Below are positions 50,691 through 62,571 of a stretch of DNA of 64,000 nucleotides, one piece after another (position 1 is the stretch's first letter; each line of letters starts with the position of its first letter). The stretch spans positions 40,238,001 to 40,302,000 of the forward strand of contig NC_043005.1 of assembly GCF_006345805.1 (NCBI RefSeq), in the 5' to 3' direction. The notes beneath the pieces were generated by a model. It was not told the DNA's origin. It ran no database searches and worked only from the letters and a program-made list of their open reading frames with translations. Source of the stretch: Octopus sinensis. Taxonomy: Eukaryota. Position numbers and translations under genes: made by a program.

Positions 50691-53600
50691 ATGTCATCCC
50701 ACAGCCAAGTATCAGAGCAACTATTGACCTACTTGGAGACAAAAAGCAATGGTCGAACTGTGCTTACTGTTCCAGATGGCAAATACAAGGGTTGGCTACC
50801 CAAGTCTTTGTACTCCTTGGAGCTGGATGAACTCTATCTCCCATTTATGCGATTGTACACCTTCCCTGTACGCGGCAGTAGTCTAGGTTCTCTAACTAGC
50901 TTAAAAGTTTTCCATGCTGTTGGCAACTACCTCCAAACTATTCCAAACTGTTTTACTCAAATTTCTGAATTACAGAAATTAAACCTTAGTTATAATAACC
51001 TCTCAGAGCTATCACAGTCTATTTTCAAACTAACCAGTTTGGTTGAGCTAAACCTGTGTGAGAACAGCGTTGAAAGGCTACCGCCGGAAATCGGAGAGCT
51101 TAAGAATCTGCGCCATCTGAATATCGGTGGAAATCTGTTGTCCGAAGTTCCGGAACAAATGAGTCAATGCAAGAAGTTGCAGATTCTTAATCTGTCTGGA
51201 AAGTGGAGTCCGCGAGGTGGATTACGGACGTTACCAATTTCAGTGTGCAATTTGCCAGAACTGCTCACCCTTGACTGCAGTTGGCACCAAATTGACACAC
51301 TCCCTGATGAAATTGGTAATTTAAAAAAGCTGAAAATTCTTAGCTTGCGTGGAAATCACTTAAAATATATATCTGAAAAAATTGCTGATTGTACTAATTT
51401 GCAAGAACTTCATCTTACTGCCGCTATGCGGTTTATTCCTAAAATACCTGTAGCTTTGCTTAACCTCAAGAGTTTAGTTAAACTGAATATAAGTGGCAAT
51501 TATTTTACTACTATACCTCCTGAAATTAGTGGATTAGAAAATTTGAAAGTATTTCTCATGCAGAAAAATGCTTTACTCCAATTGCCTGAAGAATTCTTCA
51601 ATCTTCAGCAGTTGGAGGAAATTGAACTGTCAGACAATTATCTTGAAACAATTCCTGGTAGTATTAGAAGGCTTCATGTTTTACGAAAATTGAGTGTGTG
51701 CAATAATAGACTAAAATCTTTGCCTAATGAAATATCTAGTTGCCAGTCGCTTCAGTCACTCAATTTAGCTCACAACTTGCTTGAAGAAATTCCGGACACG
51801 TTCCACCGACTTGACAACTTAGACTTTTTGAACTTGACAGAAAATAAACTCAAGCGCTTGCCTCTCCTCTTAGACCAGCTTACTGGCCTTGAGAAAACAA
51901 ATGGCATTTTCTTGCAAGGCAATTATTTGGTAAAACCACGGCAGGAAATATGTGATCAAGGTGTGGGGGCATTGTTTAAATACTTGAAAGAAATTCGAGT
52001 TAGTGAGGCAAACCATCGGAGAAAGATGATTCTTACTGGTGCTGTGAAGGCTGGAAAAACCAGCTTACGAAATGCATTGCTTTTGGGCCGATCACGATTA
52101 ACTGCAGATGATGAACGAACGTGGGTATTGGAACGCCATCTCTGGGAACCTGAAGAAAGCTTACGGGTACAGATTCTTGATTTTGGTGGGCATCATATTT
52201 ATTCTGCTGCTCATCATATGTTTCTTACCTCAGAAGCTTTGCACATTCTTGTTTTTGATCTGAATGTGTTTTCTTGTGATCCTGAATCCTATGACTTTAG
52301 GATCGGAGATTGGCTGGAAGGAATTCTGGACAGAGCACCAGGAGCATCTATTCATTTAGTTGGAACTCACGCTGATCTTTGTAATGAGAATGAAATAGCA
52401 GAGAAGAAGGCTTACATCCTGGAGAAGATGCATTCTGAAGAGAACACGAAGATTGATAATCTTCGTATGGAAATAAATCAACTGAAAGAGAAGTTAGAAA
52501 GTACGCAGAGACAAGACACTGGCAAGAGTGGTTTTTCAGATTTCGATGTTGAACGAGATTCTGAGAAATTAAGTCACCTGCAGCGTATGGTAAATACCCG
52601 AGTGATATTACCTGATGATATTTCAACAGTCAGTTGTGCAGATGATCTTGTCGGCATTAATGAATTTGTTGATAAAGTCATCACTACATTGAAAGAATCA
52701 GAACAGCGGCCTCTTCCAAAGTCTTGGTATAGTTTCTTAATTGAGCTGCAGCAACGAGAAGAGAAAATACTTCAATGGAATGATACATTAAAGATTTTTA
52801 CTGATCTCATGAAAAGCTTAGGCCAGTCAATGATTAGCATGGAAGGGTCTCCTGAAAAAAGTTTGCAAGTTATTTTAAAATATTTTCATGCAACTGGAGA
52901 AATCATTTGGTACTATGACAATCCTAAGCTCAATAAGCTTGTATTCCATCGACCAGAGACACTGATTGATATGTTGCGCTCAATATTTCGGCATGATTTT
53001 GAGGATATTATGGTGTATCATCGACATTTGGGCTTGAAAGTGAACATGACTGAGGAACAATTTAGAAATGCCAAGCAACTTTTCCTTCATGAAGGAATGA
53101 TGTCAGTTGAACTTCTTCGCTATACTCTTTGCCACTTTCAACTTGATGTCAGTGCTCTTGAGACATTTACCTCACTCATGTTAAAGTTTGATCTTTGCTA
53201 TGAGATACCCATTAATGAGATTAATGTCTCGTTACTGGACTACACCCGATTACTTTTATTTCCTTGGTTCTTACCTGATGTCTCACCAGCAAATCTTGCC
53301 TCAAAGTGGCCTACTCAGGTCCCTAAGGACACTGTACAGCTCACAATTCAGTTTCAATTTCCAAAGAAGGGTCCACCAAATTTCTTTGAAAAAGTTTCTG
53401 TTCGTTTTCAGAACTATGTATCTTACTGCGATGGTTGGCGCAATGGTATCTATGCTAGATACAATTTGAGTAAATGTTTGCTGCAGAAAGATAAGAAAGA
53501 ATTGAATGGTCAAAATATGATGCTAGTTACTCTGTCTGTACGAGGCAGTGATATGCAAGAACTCTGGAGTCTCATTCACATGACTTGGCAAGACATGCTT

Positions 53601-53802
53601 GGTCTTCTACATGAGTGGCCATTTGCACTTGTTGACATAAAGCTACTTTGCTCGCATTGCATCATGACAGGAAATGAGGATCCATACCAGTTCTCAGGGA
53701 AAGTTTTGGAACGTCGCTGCCCCAAGGGAGTCTACCACGTGCAGTGCCCTAATCAAAAAGATTGTCCCATCCCTGCTTGTTTTGTCTACTTCCTTGATCC
53801 AG
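50691..53802 (+). CDS. MFHAS1: MFHAS1-like Roco protein, main coding exon (LRR-Roc-COR)
   Basis: Uninterrupted ORF of more than 1030 codons with about 15 LRRs, P-loop GAVKAGKTS, DFGG, VGTHAD, the coiled-coil insert typical of MFHAS1, COR, and C-terminal C-x2-C..CP motif. Acceptor ttcgcag| at 50680; phase-1 donor CCAG|gtaaga at 53802. Strict orthology not tested. Confidence 0.93.
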
Positions 53803-54280
53803 GTAAGATAGTCATTATCAATATTCTTTTTTATTTTTTCATATCTAACTTTTCTTTTCAGTAAAATTACCTTTTTCAAGAATTCTCTTTTATTTTTCAT
53901 ACTTTCATTAACCTTGATTCTCTTGAGTCAAACCAGACCATTTCAGTAACAATTTATTGTATTGTTCCTTTGACCACATTATCTGAAAAGGGTCTCCTTA
54001 CCTGTTGCTTTCCCCCAATCCACAACATTTAAGGATTTCTCACATTGGTGTACAAAGCTGATATTTCATAGTTAAAGGTTAACAGTCAATAAGATCAATG
54101 TCTCAGGTTGAAAAATAAATACTATCAGGCATTTTAGTTGATGCTTTACTGTTTCTGACACTTCTTATGTACTAATCTAATACATAGTTTTTTAAATCAA
54201 ATTTTGACAGAATCCAGACTAGCAGAAGTTCTGTTATTATTATAATGGGTTATGGATATTTTTTTCCCGTTCTTCTTGAT

Positions 54281-54293
54281 TTGTATATATATT

Positions 54294-54332
<39 letters not shown>

Positions 54333-54772
54333 GTGTATGTATGTATTGATATATGTGTGTATGTATGTATATTGATATATGTATGTATGTATATTGATAT
54401 ATGTATATATGTATATATGTGTACATATGTATGCATAAATATATATGTATATATATATGTATATATATATATATATATATATAGTGTATATATATGTATA
54501 TATATAGGTGTATATATATATGTATATATATATGTGTATATATATATGTACATATATAGGTGTATAATATGTATATATATATATATAGATGTGTATATAT
54601 ATGTATATATATATATATATATATAGATGTGTATATATATGTATATATATATATATATATAGATGTATATATATGTATATATATATATAATATATAGATA
54701 TACATGTGTATATATGTATATATATATATGTAAATATATAGATATACATGTGTATATATGTATATACATATG

Positions 54773-54803
<31 letters not shown>

Positions 54804-54938
54804 CATCATCATCATCGTTTAACGTCCGCTTAAACGATGATGATGATGATGATGATATATATATATATATATATATATAAATATATGTATATACATATAT
54901 ACACATGTATATCTATATATTTACATATATATATATAC

Positions 54939-54974
<36 letters not shown>

Positions 54975-55045
54975 GGTGTGTGTGTGTGTGTGTGTATATA
55001 TATATGTATATATATATATACTATATATACATATGTATATATATA
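54281..55045. repeat. Complex (TA)n/(TATG)n microsatellite containing a 227-bp palindrome (54714-54940)
   Basis: Directly visible; the palindrome is centred on atcatcgtttaa-cgtccgc-ttaaacgatgat. Confidence 0.95.
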
Positions 55046-56115
55046 ACTTTTTAGTAGAAGAAAGAATTAGGTAGTGTTCAGATGTACAAAGTCGCAGTAT
55101 TTATCTGGGGGATGAAAGGGTCAGGCGTGGGATAAAATTTTCCATCTAATTTTAAAACTAATAATCTTATCTTTTAATTCCTAGATACATTTACATTGAG
55201 TAGTCGAAGAGCGTTTATTCGAATTACAGAAAGGCAGTTCGTGGTTCACCACTCTGTCTTTAATTAAGCTTGTACAACAGCCTATATAAAAGAAGTGTTT
55301 ACCGCCAGTTTCAAGTATGGCTTGGTATACTACATTTTTTCTTGTGTAGTGATTATTGAATTTACATTGTTTATTAATTCTGCAATCGCAAAAATCACTA
55401 ATATTGTCACTAGGAATCTGTGGGTTGGGGCGAGTGATCTCCCCTTGATGGTTAAGTAAGGAAAGAGTATTAGAATTATTTCGGGGTAGATATGGAATGT
55501 ATTTAGCGTAAAGTTCATCTAGTTTACCTGAATTTGGAGATGATATGTATCTAAATAAATATCACAAACAACTGCTGTGGAGTAATTCACTATATTTGTT
55601 TTTATTTATATTGAAGTGTCTATTTATTATCCTGTGTATTATAATGATTAGATTAGATTTTACTTGTTTGACAAAGGGCAAAATTAGCCGTATAACATTT
55701 TTGTTATATTATTACTAGTATTTGGATTATGATAGCTATCCATTATGGATTTAATATAAGGTATGTAGTTTTTATTTCTGTTAACAATGTGTGTAGTATT
55801 GGATTTGTTATTATAATGATTTATGGGTGGACATATGTTCTTATTGGCTATGGTGGAGGCTGAAATATTGTTTCTATCCATGTGATTATCATCATAACTA
55901 GGCTTGTGTTTAGTATTCCTAGGGTGTATGGTATGCATGTTTCTTATGTTATTGTTTGTATAGGTATTGGTACAGGTCCTGAGGTCTATTTTCTTAGGTC
56001 GTGTTATGTCATTTTGATGTTGTTTGCTTCTATTCGATATACATTTATTTTGCAACCTATTAACTATGTTATAGGTATTTATTGCGTTATTCAGTGGTTG
56101 GGTCATTAGGTTTAG
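55045..56115 (-). mobile_element. AT-rich Penelope-like remnant (linker + GIY-YIG)
   Basis: KNVIRLILPFVKQVKSN (recalled PLE motif IIWFNPPFSKNVKTN); CDCRINKQCKFNNHYTRKNVVYQAIL..FYIGCCTS..KDRVVNH..ELKDK..IRWKIL. Confidence 0.85.
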
Positions 56116-56134
56116 TAATTAAGTTACGCTTAAT

Positions 56135-56297
56135 AGGCGCAGGAGTCGTTGTGTGGTAAGTAGCTTGCTTACCAACCACATGGTTCCGGTTTCAGTCCCA
56201 CTGCGTGGCACCTTGGGCAAGTGTCTTCTACTATAGCCTTGGGCCAACCAAAGCCTTGTGAGTGGATTTGGTAGACGGAAACTGAAAGAAGCCCATC

Positions 56298-56300
<3 letters not shown>
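56135..56300 (+). mobile_element. tRNA-derived SINE, family B
   Basis: ggcgcaggag..tgtggtaag..ggtt(c)cagtcccactgcgtggcaccttgggcaagtgtcttctactatagcc..gaaactgaaagaagcc. Copies at about 13632 (-), 24316 (-), 29569, 34208 (-), 37503, 40808 and 60805. Confidence 0.85.
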
Positions 56301-56358
<58 letters not shown>

Positions 56359-56412
56359 CATAGTAGAAGACACTTGCCCAAGGTGCCACGCCTGTGTATA
56401 TATATATATACA

Positions 56413-56620
56413 CAGTGGGGGGAAATAAATATTCATACACGTGAAAATTCTTTATTTATTTAATTTCTAATGAACATAAATGGGATTATACCAATACTAT
56501 ATTTGCATACACATGCATAAACTAAGAATATGCAAAAGAAACTAATAAATTATAGTAACTAATGAATTTATATACAATTATAAATATTTAGGGGTGAAAA
56601 AAGTATTCATACAGAATAAA
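56413..56620 (+). mobile_element. Tc1-like left IR/DR fragment
   Basis: ta..cagtggggggaaataatattcatacac, with an internal repeat gaaaaaagtattcatacag about 185 bp further in. Confidence 0.5.
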
Positions 56621-58163
56621 TTTATGATTTTCTATGCCACAAAATACTACTAAAATAATTTTTTTTTTACTAGAACTTTCTCGTTTGTTCCAATAATTTT
56701 ATCAGTTGTCATTTTTAAGTGTCAATGTCATTGGGCATATACAACAGTGTAAGCATCTCGAGACAGAAAATTTGGGTGTAAGAGTTATCAGATGTGGTGC
56801 GCAAATGAGATGACTGTGCTGGTATGGCCATGTAATGCATATGGATGAGGACAGCTGTGTGAAGAAGTGCTGATCTCTAACTGTGAAGGGAACTTGTGGA
56901 AGAGGTAGACCCAAGAAGACATGGGATGAGGAGATGAAGCATGATCTTTGAACATTAGGCCTCACAGAGGCAATGACAAGTGACTGAGGCCTTTGGCAAT
57001 ATGCTGTGCTTGAGAAGACCTGATGCCAGTGTTGTGTTACTGTCACTATTGTTGGTGGCACATAAAAAGCACCCTCTGAATGTTGGGTAGTATGCTGTGC
57101 TTGAGAAGACTCGTCACATACCTGGCACACTGTGCTGGTGGCATGTAAAAAGCACCCTTCGAACTTTGGGCCTCACAGAAGCAGTGGCAAATAATTGAGA
57201 CCTTTGGCAATATACTGTGCTTGAGAAAACTTGTCAAACCAAGTGAGATCGCAGTCATGGTCAAAGCCAGTGTTTTGTAACTGGCACCTATGCCAGTAAA
57301 AAGCAACCACTCTTAGAGTGGTTGGCATTAGGAAGGGCATCCAGCTGTAGAAACCATGCCAAATCAGAGTGGAACCTGGTGCAGCTCCCCAGCTTACCTG
57401 TTTTCAGTCAAAACTGTCCAACCCATGCCAGCCTGGAAAACAGACATATGATGATGATGATGATAATATTTTGCAGACGAGAAAGTAAATTTCTAACTCA
57501 GTAATGCTGTACAGACAACAGAGAAAGACTGGTTATTTACCTTTACAAGATGGAAAAAAAAGTTGCCAGAAGGTGGCTACAGCACTCAAACCCATACCCC
57601 TCAGATACTGGCTGAGTGCTTTAAGCATTAAGCTAAACAGTCCCCAATAACAGTTACTGTCAAATTTAATACTAAATTATAGCTTACATACACATTTCTA
57701 CATACATGTACTTGCACATAAATTCATAGATATACACATACACATGCATGTAACATACAATAATATATATATACATATATATATATATATAGGTAAACAG
57801 TAAAAATAATTACAGACATGGACAAGAACATGAAACACCACAGAGACGACACAAGAACCACAGGACGGGACATTCGAAGCCCTCAGTCATCAGTCAAGAA
57901 CCAGATCATCTTAGCAATTTCGGCTATATATATATATATATATATACACATACACACACACACACACACACGTACACACGCAAATGCATGCATTTATATA
58001 CATGTATATTGAAAGATTTCCCTCGATTTCTTCATGTTTTTGAAACACTTTAATTGACAAAGGATGCATTTTCTATAATATATTATGCAAACCTGAAATG
58101 TATGTAGCAATTGATTTTAAAATATCACTATTTGGTTTGACTTCATTATTACAGCTATATATA

Positions 58164-58198
<35 letters not shown>

Positions 58199-58635
58199 GT
58201 GTATACATACAGGAAGACATGGGATGATGTGGTGAGGACCAATCTCAGGATGTTGGGGCTCACAGAGGCAATGACAATGGACCGAGATGTCTGGTGATAT
58301 GAGATTCTAGAGGAGACCTGCTCACATCAATGAAACTGAGTTCTAGAAGCATTGTGTTCTACCCACATGTAACAATAAAATTTTCATACACCCTACCCTG
58401 ACGAACCAAACTGCATTGCCTCTCTTTCTCACATTTCCTCTTCATACACTATGATTATCTCCCACTCCTCAATCCTGTCCTCACTACCCTGCTCACTGTA
58501 TCATTGCTTTCCCCACCCCTACTCCCTACTCAATTATGCCTGCTTGGCAATACTCTGCCATGTATATTATGACCTCTATATCTTGTGGGGTATGCTCTGG
58601 CACCTGCCATCATTTATCTCTCTTGTCCTTACTCT

Positions 58636-58869
58636 ACCTATTTCTTTAATACCCACAAGGGGCTAAACACAGAGAGGACAAACAAGGACAGACAGATGGA
58701 TAAAGTCGGTTATATCAACCCCAGTGCGTAACTGGTACTTATTTAATTGACCCCGAAAGGATGAAAGGCAAAGTCAGCCTTGGCGGAATTTGAACTCAGA
58801 ATGTAATGGCAGACGAACAACGGCTACGTATTTTGCCCGGCGTGCTAACGTTTCTGCCAGCTCGCCGCC
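58636..58869 (-). mobile_element. tRNA-derived SINE, family A
   Basis: ggcggcgagctggcagaaacgttagcacgccgggc..gagttcaaattccgcc..tttcatcctttcggggtc. Copies at about 3121, 3289, 3452 (-), 23897 (-), 28688 (-), 47325 (-) and 60288 (-). Confidence 0.85.
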
Positions 58870-59020
58870 TTTCTTGTCCTTACTCTACCATCCCATCTAT
58901 GTCTCATCCCTGTCTTTAGCGAGTATACCCTGCCCCTTTGCCACCTTCTCTCTCCTGCACTCTCTTGCTTCTCCCTCTCTCCTCCCTCTCTCTCTCTCTC
59001 TCTTTCCCATACATTCCCTC

Positions 59021-59365
59021 TGGCTGGGTAACCATGTATCTCCTCTACAGCAGCACACCTGTTTTCTGCCCGCGTCCTTGATCACTCTCTCTCCCTCTCT
59101 CTTTCTCTCCCACCCCTGGGTAACCATGTACCTCTTCTACAGCAACACATCTGTTTCTGTTCTCATTCTTGATCACTCTCTCTCCCTCCTTCTCTTGCTC
59201 TTCTCTCTGGCTAGATAACCATATATCTCCTTTACAGCAGTACACCTGTTTCTGCCCTCTTTCTTGTTAACTCTTTCTCTCTCTGTCTCCCTTGTTAACT
59301 GTCTCTCTCTCTCTTTCTCTGGCTGGGTAACCATGTACCTCCTCTACAGCAAGACATCTGTATCA
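59021..59365. repeat. Four ~95-bp tandem units (ctgggtaaccatgta..tctacagca..acacctgt + CT tract)
   Basis: Directly visible; a single inverted unit lies at about 63620-63690. Confidence 0.8.
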
Positions 59366-60573
59366 GTCTCTTTGTCTCTCTGTCGCACTGTATACCTTTC
59401 ATCATCTGACACAAGATAACCTCCTCCAATGCCCCCTCCTCTCTCAAAGATTCGTTAGCTTGCAAGTTACTTGGTGACCCTGCCAGTGCTGGTGCCACTT
59501 AAAAAGCATCCAGTCAACACTGTAAAGTGGTTGGCATTTGGAAGGGCATCCAACTGTAAAAAACTATGCCAAAACTGACCTCGCCTGTTTTGGTGCCACG
59601 TAAAAAGTACTCAGCCTGCTCTGCAGGATGGTTGTTGTTAGGAAGGGCATTCAGCCATAAAAACCATGCCAAAAGAGACACAGAAATCAGTCGCAGTTAG
59701 CTCCTGTCAAACTGTCCACCCCATGCCAGCATGGAAGGAGGACGTTAAACGATGATAATGAATTAGTTATACTCCTACAGTGAAGGCGCATGGCTTAGTG
59801 GTTAGGGGCATTTGGCTCATGATCGTAAGGTCGTGAGTTCAGTTCTTGGCAGTGCGTTGTGTCATTGATCAAGACAGTTTATTTCACGTTGCTCCAGTCC
59901 ACTCAGCTGGCAAAAATGAGTAGTACCTGTATTTCAAAGGGTCAGCTTTGTTACACTCTATGTCACGCTGAATCTCCCCGAGAGCTACGTTAAGGGTACA
60001 CGTGTCTGTGGAGTGCTCGGCCACTTGCATGTTAATTTCTCGAGCAAGCTGTTCCGTTGATCATATCAGCTGGGACCCTTGTCTTTGCAACCAACAGAGT
60101 GCTCTTTATACTCCTACAGTACACAAAATATTTTAACAATTATTTTTATGCAATTCTTAATAATACTTAATTATAAAAATATAACAGGATTTTTTTAAAT
60201 CATCGAATGGCTATGAAGGGTCCAGTAGAGAAACTGGTTGAGAAACTCTACACTAAACTTTGTTGACAGAAGGGAAATTATTGGTTTCAGATTTTGGCAC
60301 AAGGCCAGCAAGTTTGGCAGGAAGAGTAAGTCAACTTATTTTCTCAACCCCAAAAGGATGAAAGGTAAAGTCGGCCTCTGCGAAATCTGAACTCAGAACG
60401 TAAAGACAAATGAAATGCTGCTAAGCATTTTGCATGGCATACTAACGATTCTGTCAGCTCAGAAGGGAAATTATTGATGTTAGTGTAGTACTGATGATAA
60501 TGATTGATATTCATTGCTATTTTTAAATTCTCTTCTCTTTTTTGAAAATTTTTCTTCCGTTTCTTTTCATTAG

Positions 60574-60684
60574 AATTCCAAGAAGATTTACCAAAGCATA
60601 TTCAGACCACAGTTGAGTTCATGCACAGGTGTAATATCTTGATGCAAACCATGGATGATATTGATGGATCTTCTGCCGATACTG
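60574..60684 (+). CDS. MFHAS1: Second coding exon of the MFHAS1-like gene (phase 1-1, 111 nt)
   Basis: Pyrimidine tract with cattag| acceptor and actg|gtaaat donor. Joined to 53802 it reads ..LDP-EFQEDLPKHIQTTVEFMHRCNILMQTMDDIDGSSADT-G with no stop. Confidence 0.75.
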
Positions 60685-62571
60685 GTAAATAAACTGCAAT
60701 TTGTTTTCTTTTTTAATATATTTTCATACTATACATCATGCTTCCCATTTCCCTCTGCTATTACCATTCTCCACTTGTGGTCCATCTGTGAACCATTCAA
60801 CTCAACTGTGTATTATTGTGTAGCTTAGAAGTTTACATAGTTTCAGATTGAGTCCTGCGGAATGACACCCTGGGTAAGTGTTGTTTACCATAGCCTTTGA
60901 TCAGTCCAATCTTTGTGAGTGAAATTGGTTGATAGAAACTGTGTGGAAGCCTAACAGAAGAACTAGTTTTTCATCTTTGTCTGGTTCTTGGACTTGTTTA
61001 ATGGGTTCACTCTTCTGTTAGGAATTCAGCCTAAGTTTTAGGCCTGAAGATAACTCCTATTTTTTTCACCCATCTTCAAAGTTGAAGAAAAAAGCTAGGA
61101 GCACTACTTAAAATTGGGATCTTTGCCTATATAAAGTATTGAAGTAAGGCTCATCGGTTCATAATTATGAATCTACTGCAAGCATTTCTTTGTGTTTTTG
61201 TAGAATAACTTTATTGTAAATTGCCTCAGTTTATTCAGTTACCAGATGTATGGGATCATGATATCTATAGGTATCATTTTAAGATGATTTCATGCAGAGA
61301 TTTATGTCTTCTTTATTTGACACAGTGAAATAGATATTATAGAAACTTCTCAGCATTAAAGGGAGAAGTACATTTTCACATTTGATATATTTCAATTCTA
61401 CTTATTGTCTCACAAATGTGATGTAACTATCACAAACAAGAGCTATACAATTTGTTAAATTGATAGCTTGGGATACATTCTCTTTTTTATGCTAATAGTC
61501 TGACCAAGATACAGTCAATCTAAGCACATCACTATTATCTAAACCAATGAGGAAGCTTCTAAGCTGTTGTTCAATCTGTTGGAGATAGCAGCAAAATCTC
61601 TCTCAAATCACACTTTTTCTTTTTTTAAAGAATACAACACTGATATAAAAGAAAAACAGGACAGTCTTGGCTGGAATATTTTTGATCATCAGTCAGTTTG
61701 GTCATGACTGACCTGCGACTAAACAGCAACATCACTATGTTTGGTACTGAGAATAAGTAGCATCCAACCATTAAAGAAAAGTAAAAGTGAAGAGTGAAAG
61801 TCTTGACAACCAAAATTAGATTTTAAATTGATGTGTTATCATCAGGTCATTTCTAATTTTGTAAACCTATGATGAAAGGGGTTCTGTCCTTTACCATGCA
61901 GTCTTTTTCTTTTAGGCATGGTGTGTCTGTGTTTACATTTTTCAATGTGTCCTTTTTTTTTTTAATGATTAATTTGGAAAAGATTTTGCTGCTATTTCTT
62001 GCAAGTCCAGTGACTGCATAGGAGCCCTGTTATTAGCTTTTCTTTACTGATTTTTATGATGCTGGCAATAGTGGTGGTGGTGGTAAAAATATTTGATCAT
62101 TTCTCGATAATTTGGTACTTCAACACTAAATCACTTTGTCTCAGTTACTATGTAGAACTAAAAATGTGCATTAGCTTGTTTAATTGTCAAGCAGAGCAAC
62201 TGTGGTATAAGTAATGGCAGTTCTTTAGTTGTGAGCCTATATTTTTTATTCATCCATTACAAGCTTCTCCCAATGGAAGGAATCATGACGGATAATCAAA
62301 AAATATGTTAAGTTGGAGGAACTCTGAGGGTGTGAAATTCAACTCCCATGAACGCTCATCATCATCATTATCATTTAAAGTTCATTTTCCATGCTGGCAT
62401 AAGTTGGACAGTTTGGCAGGAGCTAGTATGCCAGAAGACCGCACTAGACTCTACTCTCTGTTTCAGTATGGATTCCGTGGCTGGATGCCCTTCCCAATAC
62501 CAATCTCTCTTGAGAGTGTGTTGGCATGGCACCAGCACTAGTGAAGTCACCAAGTAATTTGGAAGACAAAG

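Noticed and set aside
53803-53864. C-terminal tail of the 1057-aa ORF (GKIVIINILFYFFISNFSFQ)
   Set aside because: It begins at a consensus GTAAGA donor, is T-rich and intron-like, and an in-frame downstream exon exists. Most likely intron read-through.
54197-55046. ORFs of up to 218 aa rich in Y/I/H/T/C/V here and at 9-257, 8489-9544, 35922-36264, 39231-39560 and similar sites
   Set aside because: These are translations of (TA)n, (CA)n and (TATG)n microsatellites.
55330-56110. Possible mitochondrial insertion (AT-rich, strand-skewed, ORFs 55684-56106 and 55882-56109)
   Set aside because: No mitochondrial protein motif emerged under the invertebrate mitochondrial code. The segment runs directly into PLE linker and GIY-YIG motifs, so it is a Penelope-like remnant.
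61631-61706. Candidate terminal exon (tttaaag|aatac.., EYNTDIKEKQDSLGWNIFDHQSVWS*)
   Set aside because: It lies within a dispersed repeat also seen at about 20380, 29400, 41700 and 50050. Exonisation cannot be excluded without RNA data, but it is not supported.
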